Origin: Eledone cirrhosa
Taxonomy: Eukaryota
DNA: 64,000 nucleotides
Direction: 5' to 3'
Assembly: GCA_964016885.1 (NCBI GenBank)
Contig: OZ024745.1
Location: 5,146,001-5,210,000 of the forward strand
Positions 23,584 through 37,000 of this stretch are shown here, one piece after another (the first letter of the stretch is position 1; the number at the start of each line of letters is the position of its first letter). The position numbers and the translations under genes are program-made. Under the pieces are notes generated by a model. The model saw only the letters and a program-made list of their open reading frames with translations, made no database searches and was not told where the DNA came from.

Positions 23584-24363
23584 GTTTGTCCCTGTGTATT
23601 ATTGATATATTCTCCCATCACATCAACTATCACATCCTCCATATTCTACAATTTAATACAAAGTCAGCAGAGAGCCATGATATCTTCCACTTTATATATA
23701 TATATATATATATACATAAATATATATATAAAGATATATATATATAATCTTTACATATATATATATATCTTTTTTCCTTTCTTTTTTCCTTTTTTATCTA
23801 ATGTTTCAGTAATATTCTTATATTGTTGTTATTTTCTCTTTTTAATCTCTAATTCTAACATTGAGATTTGTGTGTGTGTATACATGTATATATGTGTGTA
23901 TACATGTGTGTGAGGGGTATATCTGTGTGTTTTTCGATATATTCCTCATATGATTATTTATATATATATATATATATCATTATTATATATATATATGATT
24001 ATTATATATATACATATATATATATATGATTATTATATATATATGTTTATTTATATATATATATATATATCATCATCATCATCATCATCATCATCGTTTA
24101 ACGTCCATCTTCCACGCTAGCATGGGTTTGGACGGGTTATATACATATATGATTATTTTGATATATATATATGATTATATGTATATATATATGTATATAT
24201 ATATATCATCATCATCATCATTTTACGTCTGCTTTTCCCTGCTTGCATATATATATATATATTTATATATAAATATATATATATATATGATGATGATATA
24301 CATTTTTATATCTATCTATATATATAGATATTAGTTATGTAATAAACAGCATAAGATAATTAT

Positions 24364-24424
24364 TTCATTTACCAGTGGTTTCTTGAAGACAGATGTTGTG
24401 TCTGTCTTCAGTCGTCAGAATGAA
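24364..24424 (-). ncRNA. Type I hammerhead ribozyme (CUGACGA core)
   Basis: reverse-complement copy of 24833-24893, differing at the variable core position 7. Confidence 0.85.
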
Positions 24425-24832
24425 TAAAAAAAAACATAGTGTTTTTATTAAATATGGATTTGAAAACAAAATTTAGGAAATATGAAAGTGAGGCTGAAAA
24501 AAACTTGGCGAAAAGGAAATAGGGGAAAAAATATATATATATAAAAATATAAATATCCAGAACGTAAACATACACACACTCAACTACGCGCAAATACCTA
24601 ATAGTACGTAGATGTATACTTTCTCACATAAGCGTATTAGCGTCTACAAAGAAATACGGACAGGAACATAAATACATACACATACATATACGTTCTGGAT
24701 ATTTATATTTTTATATATATATATTTTTTTTCCCCTATTTCCTTTTCGCCAAGTTTTTTTCAGCCTCACTTTCATATTTCCTAAATTTTGTTTTCAAATC
24801 CATATTTAATAAAAACACCATGTTTTTTTTTA

Positions 24833-24893
24833 TTCATTCTGATGACTGAAGACAGACACAACATCTGTCTTCAAGAAACCACTGGTAAATGAA
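24833..24893 (+). ncRNA. Type I hammerhead ribozyme
   Basis: TTCATT-CTGATGA-C.TGAAGACAGA.cacaaca.TCTGTCTTCA.A-GAAA-CCA.c.TGG-TA^-AATGAA; 6-bp stem I, 10-bp stem II. Confidence 0.88.
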
Positions 24894-25021
24894 ATAATTA
24901 TCTTATGTTGTTTATTACATAACTAATAAGCTCTGTAGCCTACATAGAGCACTCTTTTTCGCTGTACCTTTCTGATGGGAATACTTCATTTACACATATA
25001 TAGACATTATATATATATATA

Positions 25022-25384
25022 GGGGGGTGGATTGGCAGTATCGGTAGAGGGTCAGACGCTATGCTTTGACATATAGAGTTACGTCCATTTATGATCTGAG
25101 TTCGAATCCCATCGAGGTTAACTTTGCCTTTCATCCTTACGGGGTCGATAAAATAAAGTACCAGTAATGTACTGGGTAATTGCTGGCCTTGTGTAGGGCG
25201 GTGGATTGGCAGTATCGGTAGAGGGTCGGACGCCATGCTTTCCAGCATAGTTACGTCCCTTTACGATATGAGTTCAAATCCCGCCGAGGTTGACTTTGCC
25301 TTTCATCCTTACGGGGTCGATAAAATAAAGTACCAGTAATGCACTGGATAATTGCTGGCCTTGTGCCTAAAGTAGAAACAATTA
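25022..25384 (+). mobile_element. Head-to-tail dimer of SINE family A (25022-25192, 25196-25384)
   Basis: two consecutive copies, the first lacking its last ~20 nt. Confidence 0.88.
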
Positions 25385-25504
25385 TATATATATATATAAT
25401 ATATATATATTATATATATATAATATATATATTATATATATATAATATATATATTATATAAATATAATATATATATATTTATATAATATATATATATATA
25501 TATT

Positions 25505-25729
25505 TCATTTTCATTTCATTTTACATCCGCTTTTTCCCTGCTTGCAAGGGTGGGACGGGAACTGATTCTGGCTTGATTTCTAAAACTGGATGCCCTTCCT
25601 AACACCAACCTCATTTACAGTGAGTGCTGGGTGCTTTTTTGCTGTGGCACTTCCACGACCACTTTGCAGTCGAATGATATGGACCCCAGTCCCTATCATC
25701 TCATTTCTACAGCTGAGTAAACTGGAGCA

Positions 25730-25732
<3 letters not shown>
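25505..25732 (-). mobile_element. 5'-truncated SINE family B
   Basis: matches the 3' two-thirds of 13635-13980. Confidence 0.85.
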
Positions 25733-25797
<65 letters not shown>

Positions 25798-25810
25798 TTA
25801 TATATATATA

Positions 25811-26963
25811 TCATCATCATCATCATCATCACCGTTTTACGTCCGTTCTTCCACGCTAGCATGGGTTAGACGGGTTGTCCTGTTGTGGGCAGTGTCTGGT
25901 CGGCTGACCATGCCTTGCTCATACAGGAACTGATCTGGCTTGATTTCTACAGCTGGATGCCCTTCCTAACACCAACCTCATTTACAGTGAGTGCTGGGTG
26001 CTTTTTCGTGGCGCCTACACGTCCACTTTACAGTGTGGGCTGGGTGCTTTTTTGCCGTGGCACCTCCACGACCACCTTGCGGTGGGGGGAGTGGGGGCAT
26101 ATTGTTTATATGCTTCAGCATGTACCCATGGGAGGTCGGGTACCCTGTATTACTGCGTGACGCCAGAAGTCACAGTCGTGTGTCATTGACTTTGAGAGGT
26201 GTAGTTGGGTAAGGTCGGCTTTTATCACCTCATCCCAAGTCATCTTGGGTCTCCCCACTCCGCGGTTTCCATCAACTTCTAGTGCTCTGCACCTTTTTAT
26301 GCAGCTGTCATCCTTCATACGCATCACATGTCCATACCAGCGTAACCGCCTCTCCTGCACGCAGCATTTGATTCCTCTTATGCTCAGTCTCTCTCTCAAT
26401 TCCTTTATGCTTTGTCGTTCACGTATATTACTGTTACACATCCATCGGAGCATGCAGGCTTCGTTTCTCTCTAATCTACGTAAGTCTTCCACCTTCAGCG
26501 CCCAGGTCTCACTACCATGCAACATCGCTGTTCGGATACACGCATCATACAGTCTGCCTTTCATTCTGAGGGAGAAGCCTTTTGCAGCTAGCAGTGGTAG
26601 TAGTTCCCTAAACTTCTTCCATCCCGTTCTTACCCTAGTTATTGTACTTTCTGAGCACCCACCTCCGTTGCTAATTCGGTCACCTAGGTAGCAGAAGCTG
26701 TCTACTGTTTCTACAGGGCCCTCCCAGAGATTGGTGGTACTTGTTTCCTGTGGCTGTTTGCTTGCTGTTTCAGCACAGCTGCTGCATGTGAATCCTACAT
26801 TCTTAATTAAGCTTCCTGAGATCCCGCTACATCTCTTGTGTACCCATTGTTTGCATTTGGGGCAGAGAATGGAGTTCCTACCTACACCTTTCCTACATAC
26901 TGAGCAAGGCCATTTGCCTGGGATCTGGGTTCTGTTTTCTCGTCTACTTATAAGGACCTTAGT

Positions 26964-26967
<4 letters not shown>
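25811..26967 (-). mobile_element. 5'-truncated RTE-clade LINE (related subfamily)
   Basis: open frame KTKVL...WPCSVCRKG...FCYLGD...GRPKMTW; 3' UTR shared with SINE B; (GAT)n tail. Confidence 0.92.
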
Positions 26968-27023
<56 letters not shown>

Positions 27024-27106
27024 GTTATTCCGGGTTGAATCGGAGGTAACCACAGTAAGTAAGGTACTCAATACATAGCAGAGTATAACAGTTTTAATAT
27101 AGAAGA

Positions 27107-27155
27107 GATTCTACAGGACTAGAACTGTTTCATTCATTAGAAATCATCAGGAATC
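27107..27155 (-). ncRNA. Type I hammerhead ribozyme (left arm)
   Basis: exact reverse complement of 27157-27205. Confidence 0.85.
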
Positions 27156-27156
27156 T

Positions 27157-27205
27157 GATTCCTGATGATTTCTAATGAATGAAACAGTTCTAGTCCTGTA
27201 GAATC
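27157..27205 (+). ncRNA. Type I hammerhead ribozyme (right arm)
   Basis: GATTC-CTGATGA-T.TTC.taat.GAA.T-GAAA-CAG.ttctagtc.CTG-TA^-GAATC. Confidence 0.85.
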
Positions 27206-27239
27206 TCTTCTATATTAAAACTATATATATATATATATA

Positions 27240-28955
27240 TATTATATAAATAACGTTGATAACTTTGATAGGTTTCGGCCAGTATTGGCCCAGGCCATGT
27301 CTAACTTAATAGCACCACCTGGCAAAGTCTTACAAATCAGTGTTTGGACACCATAGCCCAGTCAAGCAGAGAGTTATTGTTTACGGAGGCATATCCGGGT
27401 GTAGGAGGCTTATCCGGGATTTCTTGAAGGAATTTGTCCAAAGACTTCTTGAACTTGATGGGGTCTGTTTCTGCTTTGATGTGTTTTGGTGTAATGTTAA
27501 AGAGAGCGGGGCCAATTGGGGTGAAATAATTGTGCCATATTGTTATGAGATGCGAGTGAGATTTTTGTCGTGGGCGGATAGCACAGGGCCCAAGGCTTGG
27601 GTGTACATTAAAGTGATGCCAACATCATTTGGGCTAAGCTGATGGAATATTTTCCACATCGTGCAGATAATGTAGCGCTCACGGCGACGTTGGAGAGAAT
27701 AAAGGTTGAGTTTTTCTAATTGACTCCAATAGTCAAGGCCTGTCATGCCATCTATCTTTTTTGTAATTGACTTTTGGGGTGTTTCAACTTTCATGATACT
27801 TTCTTTCGTGTGGGGAGACCACAGTGGAGAACAGTATTCAAGGTGGGGTCAGGCAAAAGTGGAGAAGAGAAGGATAACATGTGGATATCTCTCGACTGGA
27901 AAGTTCTGAGAATCCAGGAATACATTCTGAGGGCCATGTCAACTTTGCTGTTTATATGAGTGACCCAGCTTATGTTGTTCTCCACAATTACTTCCAGGTC
28001 TCTGATGTTGTTGGATGTCACTAGAGTTTTACCTGAAGGAAGAGAGTATAGTAGTTTCAAGGCATCCTTTTTTCCAAAGTGGATTAACTCAAACTTATCC
28101 TCATTCAACAGCATATTATTCATTTCTGCCCATTGGATAACAGCCAGTAGGTCTGACTGAAGGCAAGTCCGGTCACCCACTTCATTGATGACCCCTTGGA
28201 GATTGGAATCATCCGCGAAGATTCGTATGTTGCTGTACTTGATGATGTCAGTAATGTAATTAATGTAGATGATGAAAAGAAGTGGGCACATCACAGTGCC
28301 TTGTGGGACGCAACTGCTGACTTTAGCTGGGCTTGATTCTACTCCTTCGACTACAACATGCTGGGTTCTGCCTGTCAGGAAACATTTGATCCACTGTAGT
28401 AACTGTCCAGAGACACCAATATTGGATAGTTTTTTCAGTAGAATCTTATGATCAACCCTGTCAAAGGCCTTGCTGAAATCAAGGTAGATGACATCAGTGT
28501 TGGAGCCCTCTCCAAAAGCTCTCAAAACATCATCAAAGTGGTGAAGGAGCTGCGTTAGGCAGTCCCTTCCATTACGGAACCCATGTTGGTTGGAGTTCAG
28601 CAGGCTGTTGCTTTCAAGAAAGTGGGTTATTCGTGATCTCACCACCCTCTCAAATACCTTGATAATATGACAGGTGAGTGAGGTCGGACGGTAGTCCACT
28701 GCAAGGGACTTATTTCCCTTTTTGAAGACTGGGACAGAAAGTTTTCAGGAATATAGCCAGTGTCCAGTGAGTTCCTCCACAGATTAGCAAGAGGAGATGC
28801 AAGTTGGTGTCGACACACCTTCAGCACACAAGCAGGGAACCTGTCGGGGCCTACTGCTGAATTGTGTTTAATTTCGTTTATTGCCGCTAAGTCATCAGGG
28901 GCGCCAAACGTTATGTTCGATATAGTGTGTTGGGGATTAACATCACTGATACAGG
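27240..28955 (-). mobile_element. 5'-truncated CR1-clade LINE (second family)
   Basis: SSAVGPD, YRPTSLT, NQHGFR, DVIYLDFSKAFDRVDH, VPQGTV, IFADD, YSLQRRRERY; frameshifts. Confidence 0.92.
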
Positions 28956-29238
28956 GGCTAGAGAGGGGCTAGAGAGGAGTTAGAGAGGAGTTAGAGAGAG
29001 GCTGGAGAGGGGTTAGAGAGGAGTTAGAGAGGAGCTAGAGAGGGGCTGGAGAGGAGTTAGGGAGGAGTTAGAGAGGGGTTGGAGAGGAGCTGGAGAGGTG
29101 ATATAGAAGGGCTATAGATCTCTAGAGAGCTAGAGAGAGCTAGAGAAACATAGAGGAGCTATAGAGAACTAGAGAGGAGCTATACAGCTATAGAGAGCTA
29201 GAGAGGAGTTATAGATCTCTAGAGAGCTAGAGAACTAG
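28953..29238. repeat. Degenerate 12-bp purine-rich repeat (gctagagaggag)n
   Basis: direct reading. Confidence 0.85.
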
Positions 29239-30045
29239 CTATATTGCTGTATATCTAAGTTTTTGTCATTCATAAGACATGTGATTTGTGTAAATATAAT
29301 TTGTAGATTTTGTTATGATGATATTTGCAAGACATCTATATTCCTCCATATTCCCATTTGACATGGTCATTGTGTATTGTAAGCTTGAAAAAAAGATTTT
29401 CTTAACATTTCACACAGATTCCTACTACTAATAATTTATGGAGACATTTCTTAATAAATTTAATTTTTCTTTTTTTTTTCATTTTCTTAGTAATTCAATT
29501 AAATATTTTCATGAAACATATCGATTTCTAATTGAGGAACAAGGCCAGCAAATTTTTGGGAAGGGCAAAGTTGATTAAATCACCCCCAGTATTTTACTGG
29601 TATTTTATTTTATTATCCACCACCAGAAGGATGTAAAGCAAAATCGACCTCTACCACCCTTAATAAGGTGTCAGTTTTTGTATGCCCTTCCTATCATCAA
29701 CATGTTTACAGAGTGTACTGGGTGTGCTTATCATGTCACCAACACTAGGGAGGATGTCATGTCTTTGGTAAAGAAACTTCATGTCCCTTGCTTTAAATAA
29801 ATATTTAACAATATAAGAAACAGGCGTTAGTATTCCAGTTGTATTGAGGAGATAAATTAGACATTATCTACATTACAAGACAGCCATCTTTATTATCCAC
29901 ACAATTACAACTATTCTCAGAATAAAATAGGAAGATTTCTAAAAATGTCTTCAAAGATAAAAGCTGTCAATCAGCGAGAAATGTGCACATTTCTAGATTC
30001 ATTTCATAAATGAACAAAAGTCATTATGAGTGTCCATATATGTAA

Positions 30046-30080
<35 letters not shown>

Positions 30081-30565
30081 CAGACACACACTTATATATA
30101 TATATATCTGTCTGTGTGTGCTTAGATATACATACATAATATGCATTTATATATATATATATGTATGTAATAAGTATTTACATATATATATACATATATG
30201 TATATACAAGTATGTGTGTGTATTTACTTATACATACATATATGTATATATATTTATGTGTATGTATATATATATATATATATACACACACATACAGACA
30301 CACACACGCATGTCATATGTATGTATGTGTGTGTATATATCTATATCTATATAAATATATATATATATTTACACACACACATACAGACATACACACACAC
30401 ATGTCATATGTATATATGTGTGTATATATATATAAACATATATATACACACACACATACAGATACACACACGTCATATATATATATAAAAATGAGTGGAG
30501 CAAGCAATTATCAAACAATTCTCTAAATAAATAAAAAAACGATTTAAATAATCACCTGTTCTATT

Positions 30566-30645
30566 GCTGTTACCGACGGTTTCACCAATCCAAAGATTGG
30601 AAATCCAGAGAATTTCCAATGGAAAGAATTAGATCTTCAGACAGC
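30566..30645 (-). ncRNA. Type I hammerhead ribozyme with extended stem II
   Basis: minus strand GCTGT-CTGAAGA-T.CTAATTC...ATTGGAAAT/ATTTCCAAT...GGATTGG.T-GAAA-CCG.t.CGG-TA^-ACAGC. Confidence 0.85.
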
Positions 30646-30849
30646 TTATTTCCATATATGTATATACACAGACATACACACATGTCATCTATATGTGACA
30701 TCAGCACCATATTAAATAGTATTGAGAATTCTATCATTTCTTGAGTGGGGGTGGGGTGGGGAGGAGGTGGTTACAGTGGTGGGGTGGAGAGGAGGTTACC
30801 GTGAGTAATGGAGAGGAAGATGGCTGGAAGTGATAATGAAGGCAATATG

Positions 30850-31034
30850 TGGATTGGCAGTATCGGTAGAGGGTCGGACGCCATGCTTTCCAGCATAGTT
30901 ACGTCCCTTTACGATCTGAGTTCAAATCCCGCCGAGGTTGACTTTGCCTTTCATCCTTACGGGGTCAATAAAATAAAGTACCAGTAATGCACTGGGTAAT
31001 TGCTGGCCTTGTGCCTAAAGTAGAAACAATTATT
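30850..31034 (+). mobile_element. tRNA-derived SINE, family A
   Basis: nearly identical to 25196-25384. Confidence 0.88.
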
Positions 31035-32329
31035 AATGTAGAAACAATTATTACTATCAATATTGATAGTAATAATTTCAGTAATGATATCCTGAATAAC
31101 AACAATAAAACTGAAGGTAATAACAACTGCAATGACAATATCGATAGTGATGTTTTTAATGGATAACAATTTGATCTTTATTCCACTGATAACTTGGACA
31201 ATGTTTCCCGCTCTATAACAACTTTATCTTTGTCACGGTCATCTCTTATTGAACGGAGCAAATTGATATTACTTTTTGATATCTATATCTTGTACACATA
31301 TATATGTGTGTGTATGTCAGTGTGCATATGTATGAGTGTATGTGTGTGTATATTGCCTCTGGCAGTCCACCAAATATATATAATATCTGTATGTGGAGGA
31401 TATGTTGGAGGTTACTGTTAAGTATTTGTAATTTGAACTCTGGTGAGTTACAGTTCAACTTCTTAACAGGACTATCACTTAGTTTTAGTAGCAAGATCTT
31501 GGCATATTCTTCAATCTGACAATCCTGCTTATCACACACTTTTGGAAATGTTAAAATGTCCGTGAAAAATCATTGGTTCTAACATTTGCAAGAGAGTCGA
31601 TAAAAGAAACTTTTTATTATTGTTGACCATTCTTCAAGTGGTCAATGTTTGTTATTATTGTGGTGTTCCTCTGGTCAGCACTGGTCACTACTACAATCCT
31701 GGTCACCACTGGTCATCTCCTACAACCCTGACCACTACTACAATCACTGGTCACTACTACAACCCTAATTGTCTTCATCCATTTTGTTCTATTGACTCTG
31801 CAGTGATTTTAAAGTTTCATAGAATTTGGTGAGATTCAAATACCAAAGTATCATTGGCTCCTCACCTGCTGAGCCACGTAAATCTAACAGTATAGATTTC
31901 CCAATGTTGGTGGTCCTGTTTGCTGAAGCTTAGCCTTCTATAGCTGCTACAGATTAGATTTGCTCACATCATTCATTACCATAATGTGTTTCCCACTAAT
32001 CATAATTAATCCTACTGGTGTAATTACTTTTTATTTTCCTTGTTTTTTTTTTAAACTTCAATTATAATAATCTTCTGATTAATTTCAACTTCTCTGAAAC
32101 TAGAGACATCTTTTAGGGATAAATAAGTCAAATAAACTCTTATTTATTTACTTTTACCCCCCCCCCCCCCAAAAAAAAACTACTCGAAACTCTAATTTCA
32201 TTCAAAATACATTCCTTATATATTAAATATCTGATTATATGAAACTCCAAACTGTATTTTGTTGCTACTATCATATAGGGAAATATATTTCCAGTCTGTA
32301 TATTTCAAAATGTGTACTTTTATAAATTT

Positions 32330-32880
32330 TTCATATCCTTCTGTCGAAGGAAGTGTTACCCATAATGTTCTGACTTTTAATATAGACACACCAACCCTAG
32401 CTCACCCTTCTATCTCCTCTCTACTGCTTCAAGTTTTCTTCTATCAAGTGTGTCATTCTTTACCCATCTGAATCACATCCCTTACCCATCTGAAATTCAC
32501 AACAAAACCTATTTCAACCACATGGAGTATTGCTCCTATTCTTTGATCCTTTTAGTATCCTAAACAAAACTCTTAAGATAAAAACATGCACTGTATCCCA
32601 CTTGTAGTGTTATTAACTTCTGCCCTTTCAACTGGTTATACTCCACCTTAGACTTAGACAATACATTTGCTACTCTACTTGTAATTCTATTGTCTCTCTA
32701 GAAATCCTGTCCTCTATATTACTTTACATTCTTTGACTTCTTCCATGATCTTTCTATTCCTTCTTATATCTTCTCTACATTACACGAGACTTCATATTAA
32801 ATATGCATACCTTTTTCACCTAACCTCTCCACAATTCTGCTTCATGAAGCAAAGTATTTCTTCTTTGGACATGATAAAAT
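32330..32880 (-). mobile_element. Possible highly decayed LINE RT fragment
   Basis: weak RTE-like peptide traces on the minus strand (NVLSKSKVEY, RRKLEAVE). Confidence 0.3.
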
Positions 32881-33404
32881 AACAATATATAAAGACTTTC
32901 ATATCTATACTGTTTCCTATTGCAAAATGTTTTTTTATATAACTTTGTGTAAGAATCACAAAATGGTTTTTCATATAATTTTACAATTTTTATGACTCCT
33001 TAAATTGAGATGTTCTGACTTCTAAGAAATATTGAAAGTAATCTCAGATTTTTACAACAATATATCGAAAAATCATAAAACTTTACATCAAAAATAGTTG
33101 CCAGAAAACTTACAAGAATTTTACTTTCCTCTGGTTGATGTTATTGAAAATTTGTTTGTAACACTTTTGTGCTTTACATGTTTCTCTTTGGAATAAACCT
33201 GCTAGGGAAAGAATTTTTTTAGCTAGTCTTGGATTTATAGAAAAGGAAAAGGCTTTATTGTTCCATCAGCTGCTGTACTTTCAAAGAGTGGTAAGAAATA
33301 TTTTCCTATTTAAATAATATCTAGGGAAAAACTGAGATTAGAATCAGTTCTTGAAAAAGAAAGCTTTAAAAACATACATTTTTGTATAAATGTGTACAGA
33401 GTGT

Positions 33405-33935
33405 ATTTATAGTGTATATATAGTGTATATATGTATATATAGTGTATATATGTACATATGTATATATAGTGTATATATGTATATATAGTGTATATATGTA
33501 TATATAGTGTATATATGTATATATGTATATATGTATATATAGTGTATATATGTATAAATAGTGTATATATGTATATATGTATATATACAGTATATATGTA
33601 TATATAGTGTATATATGTATATATAGTGTGTATATGTATATATAGTGTATATATGTATATATAGTGTATATATGTATATATATATAATGTATATATGTAT
33701 ATATAGTGTATATATAGTGTATATATGTATATATATAATGTATATATGTATATATAGTGTATATATATATATATATAGTGTATATATGTATATAGCATGT
33801 ATATATGTATATATAGTGTATATATGTGTACCTAGTGTACATAGTGTATATATGTATATATAGTGTATATATGTGTATATAGTGATATATATGTATATAG
33901 CGTGTATATATGTGTATATAGTTTATATATACGTA
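33405..33935. repeat. TA-rich degenerate ~18-bp repeat (gtatatatgtatatatag)n
   Basis: direct reading. Confidence 0.9.
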
Positions 33936-34030
33936 TACGTAGTTGATTATTTATATTCAGATTTCTGTTTTTATATATGTAGACAGAAATATATATGATG
34001 TTTGAGTGAAATGAAGGTGGATGTTGTAAA

Positions 34031-37000
34031 AGTAGAGTAGCCAGGGTGGGGTGGAGGGAGGTACTGGCACTGCTAGCTACAGTAGAGTAGCCAGGGTGGG
34101 GTGGAGGGAGGTACTGGCACTGCTAGCTACAGTAGAGTAGCCAGGGTGGGGTAGAGGGAGGTACTGGCACTGCTAGCAACAGTAGAGTAGCCAGGGTGGG
34201 GTGGAGGGAGGTACTGGCACTGCTAGCTACAGTAGAGTAGCCAGGGTGGGGTGGAGGGAGGTACTGGCACTGCTAGCTACAGTAGAGTAGGCAGGGTGGG
34301 GTGGAGGGAGGTACTGGCACTGCTAGCTACAGTAGAGTAGCCAGGGTGGGGTGGAGGGAGGTACTGGCACTGCTAGCTACAGTAGAGTAGCCAGGGTGAG
34401 ATGGAGGGAGGTACTGGCACTGCTAGCTACAGTAGAGTAGGCAGGGTGGGGTGGAGGGAGGTACTGGCACTGCTAGCTACAGTTGAGTAGCCAGGGTGAG
34501 GTGGAGGTAGGTACTGGCACTGCTAGCTACAGTAGAGTAGACAGGGTGGGGTGGAGGGAGGTACTGGCACTGCTAGCTACAGTAGAGTAGACAGGGTGGG
34601 GTGGAGGGAGGTACTGGCACTGCTAGCTACAGTTGAGTAGCCAGGGTGAGGTGGAGGTAGGTACTGGCACTGCTAGCTACAGTAGAGTAGACAGGATGGG
34701 GTGGAGGGAGGTACTGGCACTGCTAGCTACAGTAGAGTAGACAGGGTGGGGTGGAGGGAGGTACTGGCACTGCTAGCTACAGTAGAGTAGCCAGGGTGAG
34801 GTGGAGGGAGGTACTGGCACTGCTAGCTACAGTAGAGTAGCCAGGGTGGGGGTGGAGGGAGGTACTGGCACTGCTAGCTACAGTAGAGTAGCCAGGGTGG
34901 GGTGGAGGGAGGTACTGGCACTGCTAGCTACAGTAGAGTAGCCAGGGTGGGGTGGAGGGAGGTACTGGCACTGCTAGCTAGAGTAGAGTAGCCAGGGTGA
35001 GATGGAGGGAGGTACTGGCACTGCTAGCTACAGTAGAGTAGCCAGGGTGAGATGGAGGGAGGTACTGGCACTGCTAGCTACAGTAGAGTAGCCAGGGTGA
35101 GGTGGAGGGAGGTACTGGCACTGCTAGCTACAGTAGAGTAGCCAGGGTGGGGTGGAGGGAGGTACTGGCACTGCTAGCTACAGTAGAGTAGCGAGGGTGG
35201 GGTGGAGGGAGGTACTGGCACTGCTAGCTACAGTAGAGTAGCCAGGGTGGGGTGGAGGGAGGTACTGGCACTGCTAGCTACAGTAGAGTAGCCAGGGTGG
35301 GGTGGAGGGAGGTACTGGCACTGCTAGCTACAGTAGAGTAGCCAGGGTGAGTTGGAGGGAGGTACTGGCACTGCTAGCTACAGTAGAGTAGTCAGGGTGG
35401 AGTGGAGGGAGGTACTGGCACTGCTAGCTACAGTAGAGTAGCCAGGGTGGAGTGGAGGGAGGTACTGGCACTGCTAGCTACAGTAGAGTAGTCAGGGTGA
35501 GGTGGAGGGAGGTACTGGCACTGCTAGCTACAGTAGAGTAGCCAGGGTGAGTTGGAGGGAGGTACTGGCACTGCTAGCTACAGTAGAGTAGTCAGGGTGG
35601 AGTGGAGGGAGGTACTGGCACTGCTAGCTACAGTAGAGTAGCCAGGATGAGGTGGAGGGAGGTACTGGCACTGCTAGCTACAGTAGAGTAGCCAGGGTGA
35701 GATGGAGGGAGGTACTGGCACTGCTAGCTACAGTAGAGTAGCCAGGGTGGAGTGGAGGGAGGTACTGGCACTGCTAGCTACAGTAGAGTAGCCAGGATGA
35801 GGTGGAGGGAGGTACTGGCACTGCTAGCTACAGTAGAGTAGCCAGGGTGAGATGGAGGGAGGTACTGGCACTGCTAGCTACAGTAGAGTAGCCAGGGTGG
35901 AGTGGAGGGAGGTACTGGCACTGCTAGCTACAGTAGAGTAGCCAGGATGAGGTGGAGGGAGGTACTGGCACTGCTAGCTACAGTAGAGTAGCCAGGGTAA
36001 GTTGGAGGGAGGTACTGGCACTGCTAGCTACAGTAGAGTAGTCAGGGTGGAGTGGAGGGAGGTACTGGCACTGCTAGCTACAGTAGAGTAGCCAGGGTGG
36101 AGTGGAGGGAGGTACTGGCACTGCTAGCTAAAGTAGAGTAGTCAGGGTGAGGTGGAGGGAGGTACTGGCACTGCTAGCTACAGTAGAGTAGCCAGGGTGG
36201 GGTGGAGGGAGGTACTGGCACTGCTAGCTACAGTAGAGTAGCCAGGGTGGGGTGGAGGGAGGTACTGGCCCTGCTAGCTACAGTAGAGTAGCCAGGGTGA
36301 GGTGGAGGGAGGTACTGGCACTGCTAGCTACAGTAGAGTAGCCAGGGTGGGGTGGAGGGAGGTACTGGCACTGCTAGCTACAGTAGAGTAGCCAGGGTGG
36401 GGTGGAGGGAGGTACTGGCACTGCTAGCTACAGTAGAGTGGCCAGGGTGAGGTGGAGGGAGGTACTGGCACTGCTAGCTACAGTAGAGTAGCCAGGGTGG
36501 GGTGGAGGTAGGTACTGGCACTGCTAGCTACAGTAGAGTAGCCAGGGTGAGTTGGAGGGAGGTACTGGCACTGCTAGCTACAGTAGAGTAGCCAGGATGG
36601 GGTGGAGGTAGGTACTGGCACTGCTAGCTACAGTAGAGTAGCCAGGGTGGGGTGGAGGGAGGTACTGGCACTGCTAGCTACAGTAGAGTAGCCAGGGTGG
36701 GGTGGAGGGAGGTACTGGCACTGCTAGCTACAGTAGAGTAGCCAGGGTGGGGTGGAGGGAGGTACTGGCACTGCTAGCTACAGTAGAGTAGCCAGGGTGG
36801 GGGTGGAGGGAGGTACTGGCACTGCTAGCTAGAGTAGAGTAGCCAGGGTGAGGTGGAGGGAGGTACTGGCACTGCTAGCTACAGAAGAGTAGCCAGGGTG
36901 GGGTGGAGGGAGGTACTGGCACTGCTAGCTACAGTAGAGTAGCCAAGGTGAGGTGGAGGGAGGTACTGGCACTGCTAGCTACAGTAGAGTAGCCAGGGTG

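Larger units (their letters stand above)
24329..24928. mobile_element. Inverted-repeat element (~238-bp arms, ~122-bp spacer) with a hammerhead in each arm
   Basis: 24329-24566 is the near-exact reverse complement of 24689-24928. Confidence 0.9.
27090..27222. repeat. Perfect 133-bp palindrome made of two back-to-back hammerheads
   Basis: 66-bp arms around a single T at 27156. Confidence 0.95.

Noticed and set aside
25022-25115. tRNA genes at SINE heads
   Set aside because: A and B boxes are present but there is no intact cloverleaf, and each continues into a SINE body
29461-29500. Strong polypyrimidine tract plus AG as the next acceptor
   Set aside because: Followed immediately by TAA in the required phase 0 and no CEP112-like peptide; an alternative terminal exon cannot be excluded without RNA data
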